Source: an uncultured Gammaproteobacteria bacterium
GTDB lineage: Bacteria; Patescibacteriota; Patescibacteriia; UBA11705; JABHMO01
Direction of reading: 5' to 3'
NCBI GenBank assembly: GCA_964486065.1
Contig: CAZAKN010000003.1
Location: forward strand, 18,559-82,558
DNA: 64,000 bases
The notes under the pieces are model-generated. The model made no database searches, had not been told where the DNA came from, and was given only the letters and a program-made list of their open reading frames with translations. Position numbers and translations under genes: made by a program. This document shows, piece after piece, positions 37,827 to 47,900 of the stretch (position 1 is the first letter of the stretch; each line of letters opens with the position of its first letter).

Positions 37827-37907
37827 AATATCAACAAATGAACATATATTAAATAGCTGGAATTTTTCCGGCTATTTTGTTATACTTTATTTATAATTGT
37901 AAAATAT

Positions 37908-38672
37908 ATGCCTAAATTAAAAACAAATGAAGAAATACGGTTACTCAAAAAAGGAGGCGCTATATTGGCTCAAATTTTAGATACTGTGGCAGAAAAAGCT
38001 CAATCCGGAGTAACTACCATGGAATTGGACCAAATGGCTGAAAAGATGATTTTGGAGGCCGGAGGCCGACCTGCTTTTAAAAATTACGGTAAAGGGAACC
38101 CTTATCCCGCGACTTTGTGTACTTCGGTAAATGAAGAATTGGTTCATGGTATTCCTTCTGATTACATCTTGAAAAACGGTGATATTTTATCTTTGGATAT
38201 TGGTATGCAATATCCGGCGGAAGGAGGATTGTATACGGATATGTCCATCACTGTGGCAATCGGCGAAATAGATGAGAAAACCAGAAAATTGATGATGGTT
38301 ACCAAAGAAGCCTTGAATATTTGGATTAGAAATATTAAACCCGGAATTAAATTTAACGAAATAGCAGCTAAAGTTCAAAAGTATGTGGAGCAAAACGGAT
38401 TTTCAGTAATTCGCGATTTGGTGGGACATGGTGTGGGGCACGCGGTTCACGAAGAGCCTCAGTTGCCAAATTATTATTTGCAATATCAAGATTGGAAATT
38501 TTTACCGGGTATGGTTTTGGCTTTTGAGCCAATGGTGGCTTTGGGTGAGTGTCAAGTTGAAACATTGGAAGATGGATGGACGATTGTTACAAGTGATGGA
38601 GAAAAATGCGCGCATTATGAGCATACGATCGCGGTTACCGATAATGGTTGTGAAATAATTACACAAAAATAA
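37908..38672 (+). CDS. map: Methionine aminopeptidase type I
   Basis: CTSVNE..HGIP, GHGVG..HEEP, FEPM, AHYEHT. Confidence 0.97.
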   Translation: MPKLKTNEEIRLLKKGGAILAQILDTVAEKAQSGVTTMELDQMAEKMILEAGGRPAFKNYGKGNPYPATLCTSVNEELVHGIPSDYILKNGDILSLDIGMQYPAEGGLYTDMSITVAIGEIDEKTRKLMMVTKEALNIWIRNIKPGIKFNEIAAKVQKYVEQNGFSVIRDLVGHGVGHAVHEEPQLPNYYLQYQDWKFLPGMVLAFEPMVALGECQVETLEDGWTIVTSDGEKCAHYEHTIAVTDNGCEIITQK

Positions 38673-38673
38673 T

Positions 38674-39057
38674 ATGAAATATTTGGCGATTGACTGGGGA
38701 AAAATAAAAATCGGTTTAGCAACAGGTAGTGATGAAACAAAAATCGCCAGTCCTTTGAGTATTTTATCGCCAAAAGATTTTTGGGAAAAAGTTGAAACAA
38801 TAATCAAAGATGAAAGCATAGATAGCATAGTTTTAGGCAACCCTTTGAAATTAAACGGTGGAGAAGCGGAAATTGAAGAGTTTATAAAGTTTAAAAAAAG
38901 ATTGGAAAGATTGAGTCGGCCATATTCTTTGGAAGATGAAAGAATGAGCACCAAAGCGGCGGGAAATGTTTATAAGGAATTGGGCATAAAAAATCGTGGA
39001 GATGACGATGATTTGGCTGCGACGCAGATTTTGCAGACATTTTTGGATAGAATATGA
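38674..39057 (+). CDS. ruvX: YqgF/RuvX pre-16S rRNA nuclease
   Basis: LAIDWG..IGLA, VLGNP, DERMST, DDLAA..ILQ. Confidence 0.92.
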   Translation: MKYLAIDWGKIKIGLATGSDETKIASPLSILSPKDFWEKVETIIKDESIDSIVLGNPLKLNGGEAEIEEFIKFKKRLERLSRPYSLEDERMSTKAAGNVYKELGIKNRGDDDDLAATQILQTFLDRI

Positions 39058-39707
39058 GCAAACATTTTAAAACCAGAGGTATTGTTTTAAATAAAAGAGA
39101 TTGGCGTGAAAATGATTATATTTTTTCAATTTACACTGAAAATTTTGGTAAGATTAGCGCGGTCGCAGTCGGTTCAAGAAAAATCAAAAGTAAATTAATG
39201 GGGCACTTGGCTTGTCCTGCGTCATTGGAAATAAATTATGTGGCGGGACGCGTGTTCAATAAAATAACTCATGCTTACGCGGAAAAGGGAATTGTTTTGC
39301 AAAGTGATCAAGATTTATTTTACTTAGCCGCACTTTGGGAAGTGGTTGATAAAGCCGTACATGAAGAGGATATTCATAATGGTTTGTGGCAATTGCTTTT
39401 GCGAGCGCAAGAGGAAATATTAAGTCAAATAAGTTCGGCAGGCAAAAAATTGGTTTTCAATGTTTTTGCCATCAGACTGCTTTTATTGCTCGGATATAAA
39501 TTGAATTTACGAGATCAATTGCCGGCCAGTCTTGGCATGAATCAAGAGTTAGCGGAATTGATAACTATAATTGAAAAAGAGCAAAAACCGGAAAACCAAT
39601 CAATTCCCACAAGCCTTAACAATCAATTGACCGTTTTTTTAACAAAATATTTACAATATTTTTTAGAAAGAGAGATTTTCAGTCTGCAATATATCGCTTT
39701 AAAATAA
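39054..39707 (+). CDS. recO: DNA repair protein RecO
   Basis: GIVL..WREND..IYT..GKI..A.GSRK.KSKL; overlaps ruvX stop (ATGA). Confidence 0.85.
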   Translation: MSKHFKTRGIVLNKRDWRENDYIFSIYTENFGKISAVAVGSRKIKSKLMGHLACPASLEINYVAGRVFNKITHAYAEKGIVLQSDQDLFYLAALWEVVDKAVHEEDIHNGLWQLLLRAQEEILSQISSAGKKLVFNVFAIRLLLLLGYKLNLRDQLPASLGMNQELAELITIIEKEQKPENQSIPTSLNNQLTVFLTKYLQYFLEREIFSLQYIALK

Positions 39708-39749
39708 AACAGGTTAAAAGCGTTAAGCACTTTTAACCTGTTTTATTTT
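39702..39749. terminator. Bidirectional terminator
   Basis: AAAATAAAACAGGTTAAAAG / CTTTTAACCTGTTTTATTTT inverted repeat. Confidence 0.8.
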
Positions 39750-39764
39750 TATATTGATTGTTTT

Positions 39765-41738
39765 TTATTCTTCTTCGGGCAATATCACCATGCCTTTACC
39801 TTCGGCATATTTATCATGTTCCAAAGCTGAACTCAAGATGTTTTTGGTAATAATCAATTGATCCGCGGTTTTCTTGTCCAGAGCCGTGGCAGTAGTGGTG
39901 GAGGTAAATTTGATAAACTTGTTCAAATCATCATTAGTCGGCGTGAATTCAATGGCGAAAATGGCGGAGGCTTGATTTATGATAATCGGTAAACGATTAA
40001 TTTTCCAGGTTACCGTATTTTTCTCTTCATTATAATTTAATTCACCTACGGAAATATCTGTTTCATTACTCCATACCACAGCATTATTTAAAGTCGCGCT
40101 GACACTGATGTTTCTCGCTTCATGTAAGGAGTTGGTTAAGTCCCAAGCAATATAGATTTTTGTGGTTTTTCCCACTTCCGGTGGCAAGGGGCCTTCTCCT
40201 AAAACATTGCCTTCTACATCATGATAGTAAGCTTTGGCTGTAAGGTTCAAATTGGTTTTCAATTTAATTTCAATCGGTGAACTTTCAACTCTGGGCATTT
40301 GATTTTCTTCAGGGTCAAAATCCAAAACACCAAAAAGGTGCAATTGCAACGGCCGTAGAGATTCCAAATCCTTATCATTGAAATCATTCATTGATTTGGT
40401 GGGCAGTTTTAATTCAATTTCCACTTCTTCATCAGTTGAGAGTTTGGCTAAATCCGGAATTTGTGTTTGATTCCAAGTGATTTCTTTGCCGGCATCGGTT
40501 TTCTGGATTTTTCCGTAATTTTCATCTTCAATGTTGTCCCAGTCAATTATGTCTAATGGAGAGGAGTCCACTAATACGCTAAGTGATACATTGGAGAAAT
40601 CCTGTTCTCCGTTGTTTTTAGCGATTAAAGTAATATTCAAGTCCTCGCCCAAAGTTATGTTTTTATTTTCGGTTGATCCATTGGCAATCAAGTGAACGGA
40701 AACGGCTTGATCAATTATTTTTAAAGGAAATTTCTCTTGTTTTATCAAATAGTAATTGTCAGCTTGATCAGGTAAATAGGCGGAGACTTTCAAAGTTCTA
40801 TCTCTGTCGGAATCTTCAGAAAATTCCAAGTCAGCGGGGAAAAATCCCGAAACAGATATTTTATGCTTTTCTTCATCCGCGAGTAGTTCGGTGAACAACC
40901 AAGTGTTATCATCTTCATATGCTTCCGGTTCAACTTTTTCAATTTCAAAATCATCGGGATAATCAAAAACCAATTTTATTTTTTCAAAATTTGTTTCAGC
41001 GTTATTTTCCAAGTTGATAACAATATCCAATTTTTGTCCGAGTCCGACAGTGCCCGGCAGGGAAGTGTCAAAAGAAATTTCCGGTTCTTTTAAAAATGAA
41101 TTAAAACTGACGGTTTTGGAGAATTCAGCATTGAAGGTTTTGGGTTTAAAAGTCAGTTTTGCCTTCAGTCTTTGCGTGTCATCCAAATCATCAATAATTT
41201 TGCCGATTATCTTTATTGAATCCGTGGCTTGCGGAGAAATATTCCCGATTTGCCAATTTCTATCAAGGCTTTCAGGTTCGGTTTTTTCTATTAAAAGTCC
41301 TTTGGGTGGTTGAATAAAGACTCGCGCGTTTTCCAAAGATACTCCGCCGACATTTTTATAAATAATTTCATATTCAAATTTCTCTCCCATGACCAGTTCT
41401 TCGGGAGCTTTAACGCTTAATTCCACGGCATCCAAATCAAATTTTTTATTATTATCAAAAAAGATAAAACCGGCCACCATGGCGGCCAGTAAAACAATGG
41501 TCAAGAATATGCCGAAAAATATTTTTTGGTTTCGCTTTGTTTTTCTTTTTTGTTCAATAATTTTTTTTAAAGATAATTCGCTTTCTGCGGTCTCGGAATT
41601 TTTAATGGTTTTATCTTGCGCGTCCAAGGTTTGACTTTCTTCATACAAATTAAGCAAAGCTTCCATGGAAGTTATTTTTTCCGGTTCGGACATTTCATGC
41701 TTTTTGAATTTATAATGGCGTTTTTTATGTTTACTCAT
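39765..41738 (-). CDS. Membrane-anchored Ig-like/DUF11-type repeat protein
   Basis: Single TM after basic N-terminus; repeated beta-rich units (YEIIYKN, IVINLEN, ITLIAKN, GPLPPEVG). Confidence 0.75.
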   Translation of the reverse strand: MSKHKKRHYKFKKHEMSEPEKITSMEALLNLYEESQTLDAQDKTIKNSETAESELSLKKIIEQKRKTKRNQKIFFGIFLTIVLLAAMVAGFIFFDNNKKFDLDAVELSVKAPEELVMGEKFEYEIIYKNVGGVSLENARVFIQPPKGLLIEKTEPESLDRNWQIGNISPQATDSIKIIGKIIDDLDDTQRLKAKLTFKPKTFNAEFSKTVSFNSFLKEPEISFDTSLPGTVGLGQKLDIVINLENNAETNFEKIKLVFDYPDDFEIEKVEPEAYEDDNTWLFTELLADEEKHKISVSGFFPADLEFSEDSDRDRTLKVSAYLPDQADNYYLIKQEKFPLKIIDQAVSVHLIANGSTENKNITLGEDLNITLIAKNNGEQDFSNVSLSVLVDSSPLDIIDWDNIEDENYGKIQKTDAGKEITWNQTQIPDLAKLSTDEEVEIELKLPTKSMNDFNDKDLESLRPLQLHLFGVLDFDPEENQMPRVESSPIEIKLKTNLNLTAKAYYHDVEGNVLGEGPLPPEVGKTTKIYIAWDLTNSLHEARNISVSATLNNAVVWSNETDISVGELNYNEEKNTVTWKINRLPIIINQASAIFAIEFTPTNDDLNKFIKFTSTTTATALDKKTADQLIITKNILSSALEHDKYAEGKGMVILPEEE

Positions 41739-41741
41739 AAA

Positions 41742-44357
41742 TTATTTAATGATAATGCCGAGCAATTGATCTCTGTTTAAGGCGGTGGAGAAGTTGATAT
41801 TATCAGTTTCACCGGCGGGCGAAGGATAAACAATCCCACCAAACATATTTTCCGGTAGAATATAGTGTACTTGATATGAAGATGGGATTTGTCCGGATTG
41901 TTTTTGCATAAATAGGGAATGAAAATTGTGGTCATCTTTTTTGCCGAATATACCATCTTCTCGAGATAGATTTAAATGAAAAGGTAACTTGTATTTAATA
42001 ACAACGGTTTTGCTTTCTCCGGGATCAACCTGTAGCCAATTGGCAAAAACCGTTTTATTGAATTGGTGACTGATACGAGTGTCGGTTGGCGGATCAATAT
42101 AGATATTTTTCTCGGTTTTTTCCAAGGTTTCGTCGGTTTGCCAATTTTTATCGGGAAATTCAAAAGCTTCCGCCGGTATTTCACTAAATCCTGAAGCGGA
42201 AATCAATTGACTGCCGATTGGAGTGTAAATTCTTAAATAATCAATATTTGATGTTTGTGAAAAAATATCATTACCACCTTGATGAGTTCTGGTTATCGTT
42301 AAAGTATTGATGATTTCCCCGTTATTTTGTATGTGTGAAACCAGATTGATATCTTGCTTCATGTAAGCATCGGTTTTTTCTCCGCGAATATTGGTATTAA
42401 CCACCATCAAATAATCTTTTGAAGTATTTTTTATTTCGCCACTCCAATTGAAATCAGATATGGTGTTTTGCGCTTTTTCATTTCTGAAATACATTTGTAT
42501 TTCTTTGGTATTCAATCCGTCACGCAATAATTTCATGATTTTTATCAAATCTTCTCCTTGAGAATTGAAAATTTTATCAAGCAGTATCGGCGCCAAGTCG
42601 GTCAGTATTTGTTTGGGTTTGTTTTCTTGTTTATCATATTCAAATTCTACGGATTTTTGAATTTCCGAGATAACATTTTCTGTGGTTAATGTTTTTCCGT
42701 ATGCGGTCATTTCAATCGGACCGGTTATATTCATGATTGCTGGCAATAAATCGGAATTAATGGCGATTACTCCGTCAACTGTGGGGCCACCCGATTTTTC
42801 ATAAAACCATTTTATTTTTTTTGCCGAGGCAGGGAAGTCCGGCCACCAATTGGCATCCTGCATTTCCCAAAGAGGATTTACCAAGTGCAAAGGTTCGGGA
42901 GCAATTCTTTTGGCTATCAATGAGCCTTGCAAGTCAGAAGTTCCGCCTCCGGGGATTTCCATGTCAGTTATTTGCCCTTGATCAATATCAACCAGCGCGA
43001 AACTACCCATGAAACCACCCGTGGCGCGGAGTTCATTTGAATTTTGGAAAACGAATAAATATCTTTTCTTTTGCTCTTGACCTAGAATGTAATTCATCAC
43101 CTTGGTCAGTTGGTGAAGATCTTGTAAATCATTACCGATTATTTCTGTTTGTTTAACTACGGTGTAAAAAAGAGATTGATATTTTTCGGGCAAAGATTTT
43201 GCGCGAACTTGTTTCAATTCAGCTCCGGCGTTGTTTAAATGCGTGGCCACTAAACCGATTTTGTTTTCCACCGCGGAAATCGCGTCTGTCAAATATTCAT
43301 GATCATTGGCCAGAAGTTCAATTATTTGAGTCAGATTTTTGCCGATAATGGCGATTTCTTGTCCAGCTTTAAGGAGATGATCGGCATCTTCCAGATTTGC
43401 TTTGTTGTGTGGCAAAATATTTACCAAAGTTTTTACGCCACCGTTAAGTTCTTCAATTTTTCTTCCGGCTTCATGAAAACGCAAACCAGCATTTTGGAAA
43501 TTGGTTTCCGCCATTTCGGTATTATTTTGAGTTAATGAATTGCCGGCGATTTTTAAATCTTCATAAGCTGCATAAGCATAGGCTTCTATTTTGGCTTTGG
43601 TTTGGCGCAGTTCGTTGACATAGCCGAAAGTTTTGATCGGTAAGACCACGGATAAACAAATTAATAAGTAAACAGCCAAAGATTTATGCCAATTGAAAGG
43701 CAGATTGAAATCATAAAACCAAGGTTTGTGAGTGAATTGTTCATTTTTTTCCGGGATATTTTTTGCTTGTTTTTCACCGGCCGAATGATGTTTTTTTTCG
43801 GTTTTTTCCCGCCAAGCGGAGATCGTAAAAGTATGTTTTTTATTCCCAATTGGTTTTTGAATTGAGTTTTTGCTTTGCCAAAATTTTCGCAATTTTTGTT
43901 TGCGTTTGATTTCCATTTCTTTTTTGGCTTTTAATTCCGTTAAATCTAAAACAAACGGAGAATACTTGGCTCCATCGCTCAACTGTTCCAAAGTAACTTT
44001 TTCCAAACTCAAATCAAGTTTATTTGAAGAAGATGTAGCCGATCGGTTTTTACTTTCTCGACAAGTATTGCTTTTTAAAAGATCTTCCAATTCGCTTTTT
44101 TTTAATTTAAAAGAAAGAGGCTCTTTTTTCGGAGAAGTTTTTTTAACGGTTTTTCGGGATCTTTTCGGGGTGGTTGATTTTTTCTTGGAAGCATTTTTTT
44201 TCTTAACTGAAACAGAAGCTCTCTTGTTTGGAGCTTTTTGCGTTTTCTTTTTCACCACTCGCGCGGTTTTTTTCGCTTTTTTCTCGGAAGCGGTTTGTTT
44301 TTTCGTCGCGCTTTTGTTTTTGGGTTTGGTTTTTTTAGTTTGAGCCTTTTTAGGCAT
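41742..44357 (-). CDS. DUF4012 domain membrane protein with Lys-rich N-terminus
   Basis: YLFVFQNSNELRATGGFMGS, DANWWPDFP, VDGVI, EKTD. Confidence 0.85.
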   Translation of the reverse strand: MPKKAQTKKTKPKNKSATKKQTASEKKAKKTARVVKKKTQKAPNKRASVSVKKKNASKKKSTTPKRSRKTVKKTSPKKEPLSFKLKKSELEDLLKSNTCRESKNRSATSSSNKLDLSLEKVTLEQLSDGAKYSPFVLDLTELKAKKEMEIKRKQKLRKFWQSKNSIQKPIGNKKHTFTISAWREKTEKKHHSAGEKQAKNIPEKNEQFTHKPWFYDFNLPFNWHKSLAVYLLICLSVVLPIKTFGYVNELRQTKAKIEAYAYAAYEDLKIAGNSLTQNNTEMAETNFQNAGLRFHEAGRKIEELNGGVKTLVNILPHNKANLEDADHLLKAGQEIAIIGKNLTQIIELLANDHEYLTDAISAVENKIGLVATHLNNAGAELKQVRAKSLPEKYQSLFYTVVKQTEIIGNDLQDLHQLTKVMNYILGQEQKKRYLFVFQNSNELRATGGFMGSFALVDIDQGQITDMEIPGGGTSDLQGSLIAKRIAPEPLHLVNPLWEMQDANWWPDFPASAKKIKWFYEKSGGPTVDGVIAINSDLLPAIMNITGPIEMTAYGKTLTTENVISEIQKSVEFEYDKQENKPKQILTDLAPILLDKIFNSQGEDLIKIMKLLRDGLNTKEIQMYFRNEKAQNTISDFNWSGEIKNTSKDYLMVVNTNIRGEKTDAYMKQDINLVSHIQNNGEIINTLTITRTHQGGNDIFSQTSNIDYLRIYTPIGSQLISASGFSEIPAEAFEFPDKNWQTDETLEKTEKNIYIDPPTDTRISHQFNKTVFANWLQVDPGESKTVVIKYKLPFHLNLSREDGIFGKKDDHNFHSLFMQKQSGQIPSSYQVHYILPENMFGGIVYPSPAGETDNINFSTALNRDQLLGIIIK

Positions 44358-44362
44358 AAAAA

Positions 44363-45484
44363 CTATTTCACCGAATTATTGTATATTTGCAAAGTTTTTT
44401 CCGCGCAGTTGCGCCAGGAAAACCTTTTTATATTTTGATAACCTTTTTCCGTCAAGCTACTTTTTAATTTTTCATCATTAACCAAATTGTTTAAAACATC
44501 TGCCATTTGCTTAATATCATGAGGATCAAAGTAAATCGCGGAATCACCAAGTACTTCCGGTAATGAAGTTAAATTTGATGAAGCCACCGGAGTACCACAG
44601 CTTTGCGCTTCAATGGTGACCAAGCCGAAACCTTCAATAAAAGAAGGGATGGTGAAACATTCGGCGGCGGAATACAGGACGGGCAAATCTTGATCTTTAA
44701 TAAATCCCGTGGCAATGATGTCCCCTTTAAAAGGGGAATTGTTTATTTCTTGTCGGATTTTGGTGTAATGTAGATCTTCACGACCGCCTAAAACCAATTG
44801 CAATTCCTTGTTGGTCTGTAATTGTTTTATTAAATTGAACGCTTTGATTAAACTCTCAATGTTTTTATGACTACGCCAAACTCCAACGAAAAATATATAT
44901 TTTTTCGTAATTCCGTATTTGTTCAATATTTCTTTAATTATAGCATAATTTGAGCACTTTTTGAATCTTTCATCCACACCTTCATAGGTGATATTGATTT
45001 TTTCGGGATTGACCCTGAAATTTTTAATAATTCCTTGTTTTGTACTTTGCGAAATGGTAATGATTTGGGAAGCCGAATTTACGGTTTTGCGAAAAACCGC
45101 GCGATAAGCGACTTGTCGCCAGCCGGAGCTCATTTTATGTCCGGGATAATGAAAAGGCGTAATGTCGTGAATGGTGCAAACTGATTTTTTGCGGAACAAA
45201 ATAGGAGAATTAAAATGAGGGAAATGGATTAAGTCAAAGTCATTGGCCATCAATGTCCAAGGAAATTTAAATTGTTCGGCGTAAGTGTACCAGCGATCAT
45301 TGGCCAATATTTTCAATACATTTTCTGGCGTTTTCAAGGAAGAGAAGTAAGGTTCTTTTAAAAATAGCAAATATTGATTGTGTTGATCAATTAAAAAAAG
45401 ATGCTTGGTCAGCTCCTCAATATAAGTGCCAATGCCACTACATTCTTGATTGCCATACATTCGGGCGTCAATTGCGATTTTCAT
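44363..45484 (-). CDS. Glycosyltransferase family 4
   Basis: MKIAIDAR, TIHD, HKN, PSFIEGFGL..IEA. Confidence 0.92.
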   Translation of the reverse strand: MKIAIDARMYGNQECSGIGTYIEELTKHLFLIDQHNQYLLFLKEPYFSSLKTPENVLKILANDRWYTYAEQFKFPWTLMANDFDLIHFPHFNSPILFRKKSVCTIHDITPFHYPGHKMSSGWRQVAYRAVFRKTVNSASQIITISQSTKQGIIKNFRVNPEKINITYEGVDERFKKCSNYAIIKEILNKYGITKKYIFFVGVWRSHKNIESLIKAFNLIKQLQTNKELQLVLGGREDLHYTKIRQEINNSPFKGDIIATGFIKDQDLPVLYSAAECFTIPSFIEGFGLVTIEAQSCGTPVASSNLTSLPEVLGDSAIYFDPHDIKQMADVLNNLVNDEKLKSSLTEKGYQNIKRFSWRNCAEKTLQIYNNSVK

Positions 45485-45611
45485 ATCTACCATTATAGCA
45501 AATTTTTTACGGTTTTTTAAATGTGTTAACAGCAAATACTTGGATAATGATTGTCTAATTTTAGCCAATTTTGTTTAGAAGCGGTTTTTTTGCTAAGATT
45601 ATCTTATCAAT

Positions 45612-46715
45612 ATGAAAACAGCATTAATTCATGATCATCTGGCACAGGACGGAGGGGCGGAAAGAGTGGCGGTAGCTTTGCAGGATATTTATCCGGAAAG
45701 CCCGACATTTACTTTGGTTTACGATAAAAAGAATTCGATAGAAGTTAAACAAGATAAAATAAGAACTTCATTTTTACAGAAAATTCCATGGGGAGTGAAA
45801 AAATACCAATGGTTTATTACTCTCATGCCCACGGCGACTGAAAGTTTTAACCTTAAAGAATATGATTTGATTTTATCCAGTTCGGCTATTTTCGCCAAAG
45901 GCGTGATTACCAAGCCCGAAGCGGTACATATTTGTTATTGTCATACGCCACCACGGTTTCTGTGGACGGACAGTCATGATTATATCAAAGAATTAAATCA
46001 AAACCTTTTAATAAAAAATTTTTTACCGTTTATTTTAACCAGCCTTAGACAATGGGATAAAATCGCGGCGGAAAGAGTTGATTATTTCATCGCCAATTCA
46101 AGAGAAGTGCAAAAAAGGATTCGCAAGTATTACAAACGGGAAAGTGAAATAATTTATCCTCCCGTGCAAATTAGCAAATATCAAATTGCGTCGCGACAAT
46201 ATGATTATTTTTTGGCGGGTGGAAGATTGGTGGGGTATAAAAGATTTGATTTGGTGGTGGAAGCTTTTAACAGACTTAATTTACCTTTGATAATTTTCGG
46301 TGACGGACCTCTGAGAAAAAAGCTCCGCGCAGCGGCTAAATCCAACATTAAATTCGTCGGTAGAGTCAGTGAAGAGAAAAAGGTTGAACTGTATAGTCAT
46401 TGCCAAGCTTTTATCAATCCGCAGTTGGAGGATTTCGGTATTACCGCGGTGGAAGCCATGGCCTCGGGACGACCGGTTTTGGCTTATGGGGCGGGCGGAG
46501 CCTTGGAGACGATCGCGCCCGGAAAAACGGGAAATTTTTTTGAAGAACAAATATGGGAAGATATCGCTGATCAAGTTTTGCGTTTCAAATCTAAAGATTA
46601 TAATCCCGAGGAAATACGCAAGCACGCGAAAAATTTTGATGTGAAAATTTTTAACCAAAAAATTCAAGATTTCGTGGAGGAAAAAATGAATAAAAAACAA
46701 AAAATAATGTTTTAA
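45612..46715 (+). CDS. Glycosyltransferase family 4
   Basis: HDHL..GGAERV, YCHTP, EDFGITAVEAMASG. Confidence 0.92.
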   Translation: MKTALIHDHLAQDGGAERVAVALQDIYPESPTFTLVYDKKNSIEVKQDKIRTSFLQKIPWGVKKYQWFITLMPTATESFNLKEYDLILSSSAIFAKGVITKPEAVHICYCHTPPRFLWTDSHDYIKELNQNLLIKNFLPFILTSLRQWDKIAAERVDYFIANSREVQKRIRKYYKRESEIIYPPVQISKYQIASRQYDYFLAGGRLVGYKRFDLVVEAFNRLNLPLIIFGDGPLRKKLRAAAKSNIKFVGRVSEEKKVELYSHCQAFINPQLEDFGITAVEAMASGRPVLAYGAGGALETIAPGKTGNFFEEQIWEDIADQVLRFKSKDYNPEEIRKHAKNFDVKIFNQKIQDFVEEKMNKKQKIMF

Positions 46716-46717
46716 AA

Positions 46718-47836
46718 ATGGATATAGGCATAGATGTTCGCTGTTTGATGGCGGAACAGTTAAGCGGAGTCGGCGAATACACAAAAAATTTATTGCAAGC
46801 TATTTCCCAAGTTGATCAAGATAACCGATATTATTTGTTTTTCAATTCGGCAAAATGGAGAATTGAAGATATGCCAACATTTGATTCCAAGAATGTTGAA
46901 TATGTGAGAACCGATTGGCCAAATAGAATTTTCAATCTCGCCATATCGGTCAAATTGATAAAACCGGATAAAATAATTGAAAAGCAAACCGGTTGTAAGC
47001 TTGATTTAATGTTTTTGCCGAATTTAAATTTCATGTCTTGCGATTGTCCTTATGTCGCTACTTGTCATGATTTAAGTTATGAGATATTTCCGGAGTTTTT
47101 TACTTTTAAAAGTCGCTGGTGGCATAAAGCGCTCAAGCCGCGTGGGCTTTTTCACGGCGCCACCAAGGTTGTTTCCGTTTCCGTGAATACGGCGCATGAT
47201 TTACAAAACATTTACGGTTTGCCGGCGGAGCAAATTGAAGTAATTCATTCCGCGGCTCCACGACAAGAATATAATTTTTCCGCGGAGGAAGTTAAAGAAA
47301 AATATTCATTGCCAGAAAAATATATATTATTCATCGGTTCTTTGGAACCGCGAAAAAATTTAAAAGGACTTTTGGCCGCTTATGCTATTTTTCAAAAAAA
47401 ATATCCTGACATTAAACTGGTCGTGGCTGGTGCGACAGGCTGGAAAAACGCCGATGTTTTAAAAGCAATGAGTGATAAAAAAAATATTCAATATTTAAAA
47501 TTCGTTGAAGCGTCTGAAAAAAAAGCTTTGTATCAAAACGCTTTGATGTTGGTTTATCCCGGTTTTTACGAAGGATTCGGATTTCCTCCTCTGGAAGCCA
47601 TGGAAGCGGGTTGCCCGGTGATAACCGCGCCGAATTCTTCTCTGGGTGAAGTTTGCGGTGAAGGGGCGCTTTACGCCAATCCATACAAAGTCAATGAATT
47701 GATTGAAGCGATGGAAATAGTTCTGGCGGAAAATACGCGTGAAAAAATGATTGATCAAGGCTTGAAAAGGAGCGCTGAATTCACATGGAATAAAACCGCG
47801 GAACAATACATTAATCTCTGGCAAAGCATTATTTAA
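46718..47836 (+). CDS. Glycosyltransferase family 4
   Basis: IGIDVR, SGVGEY, EPRKN, YEGFGFPPLEAM. Confidence 0.92.
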   Translation: MDIGIDVRCLMAEQLSGVGEYTKNLLQAISQVDQDNRYYLFFNSAKWRIEDMPTFDSKNVEYVRTDWPNRIFNLAISVKLIKPDKIIEKQTGCKLDLMFLPNLNFMSCDCPYVATCHDLSYEIFPEFFTFKSRWWHKALKPRGLFHGATKVVSVSVNTAHDLQNIYGLPAEQIEVIHSAAPRQEYNFSAEEVKEKYSLPEKYILFIGSLEPRKNLKGLLAAYAIFQKKYPDIKLVVAGATGWKNADVLKAMSDKKNIQYLKFVEASEKKALYQNALMLVYPGFYEGFGFPPLEAMEAGCPVITAPNSSLGEVCGEGALYANPYKVNELIEAMEIVLAENTREKMIDQGLKRSAEFTWNKTAEQYINLWQSII

Positions 47837-47900
47837 TAAAAAAACTGCCCCATTAAGTCATGTTGTAGAATACATAGGTGAGGCGGTTTTTGTTTTATAA

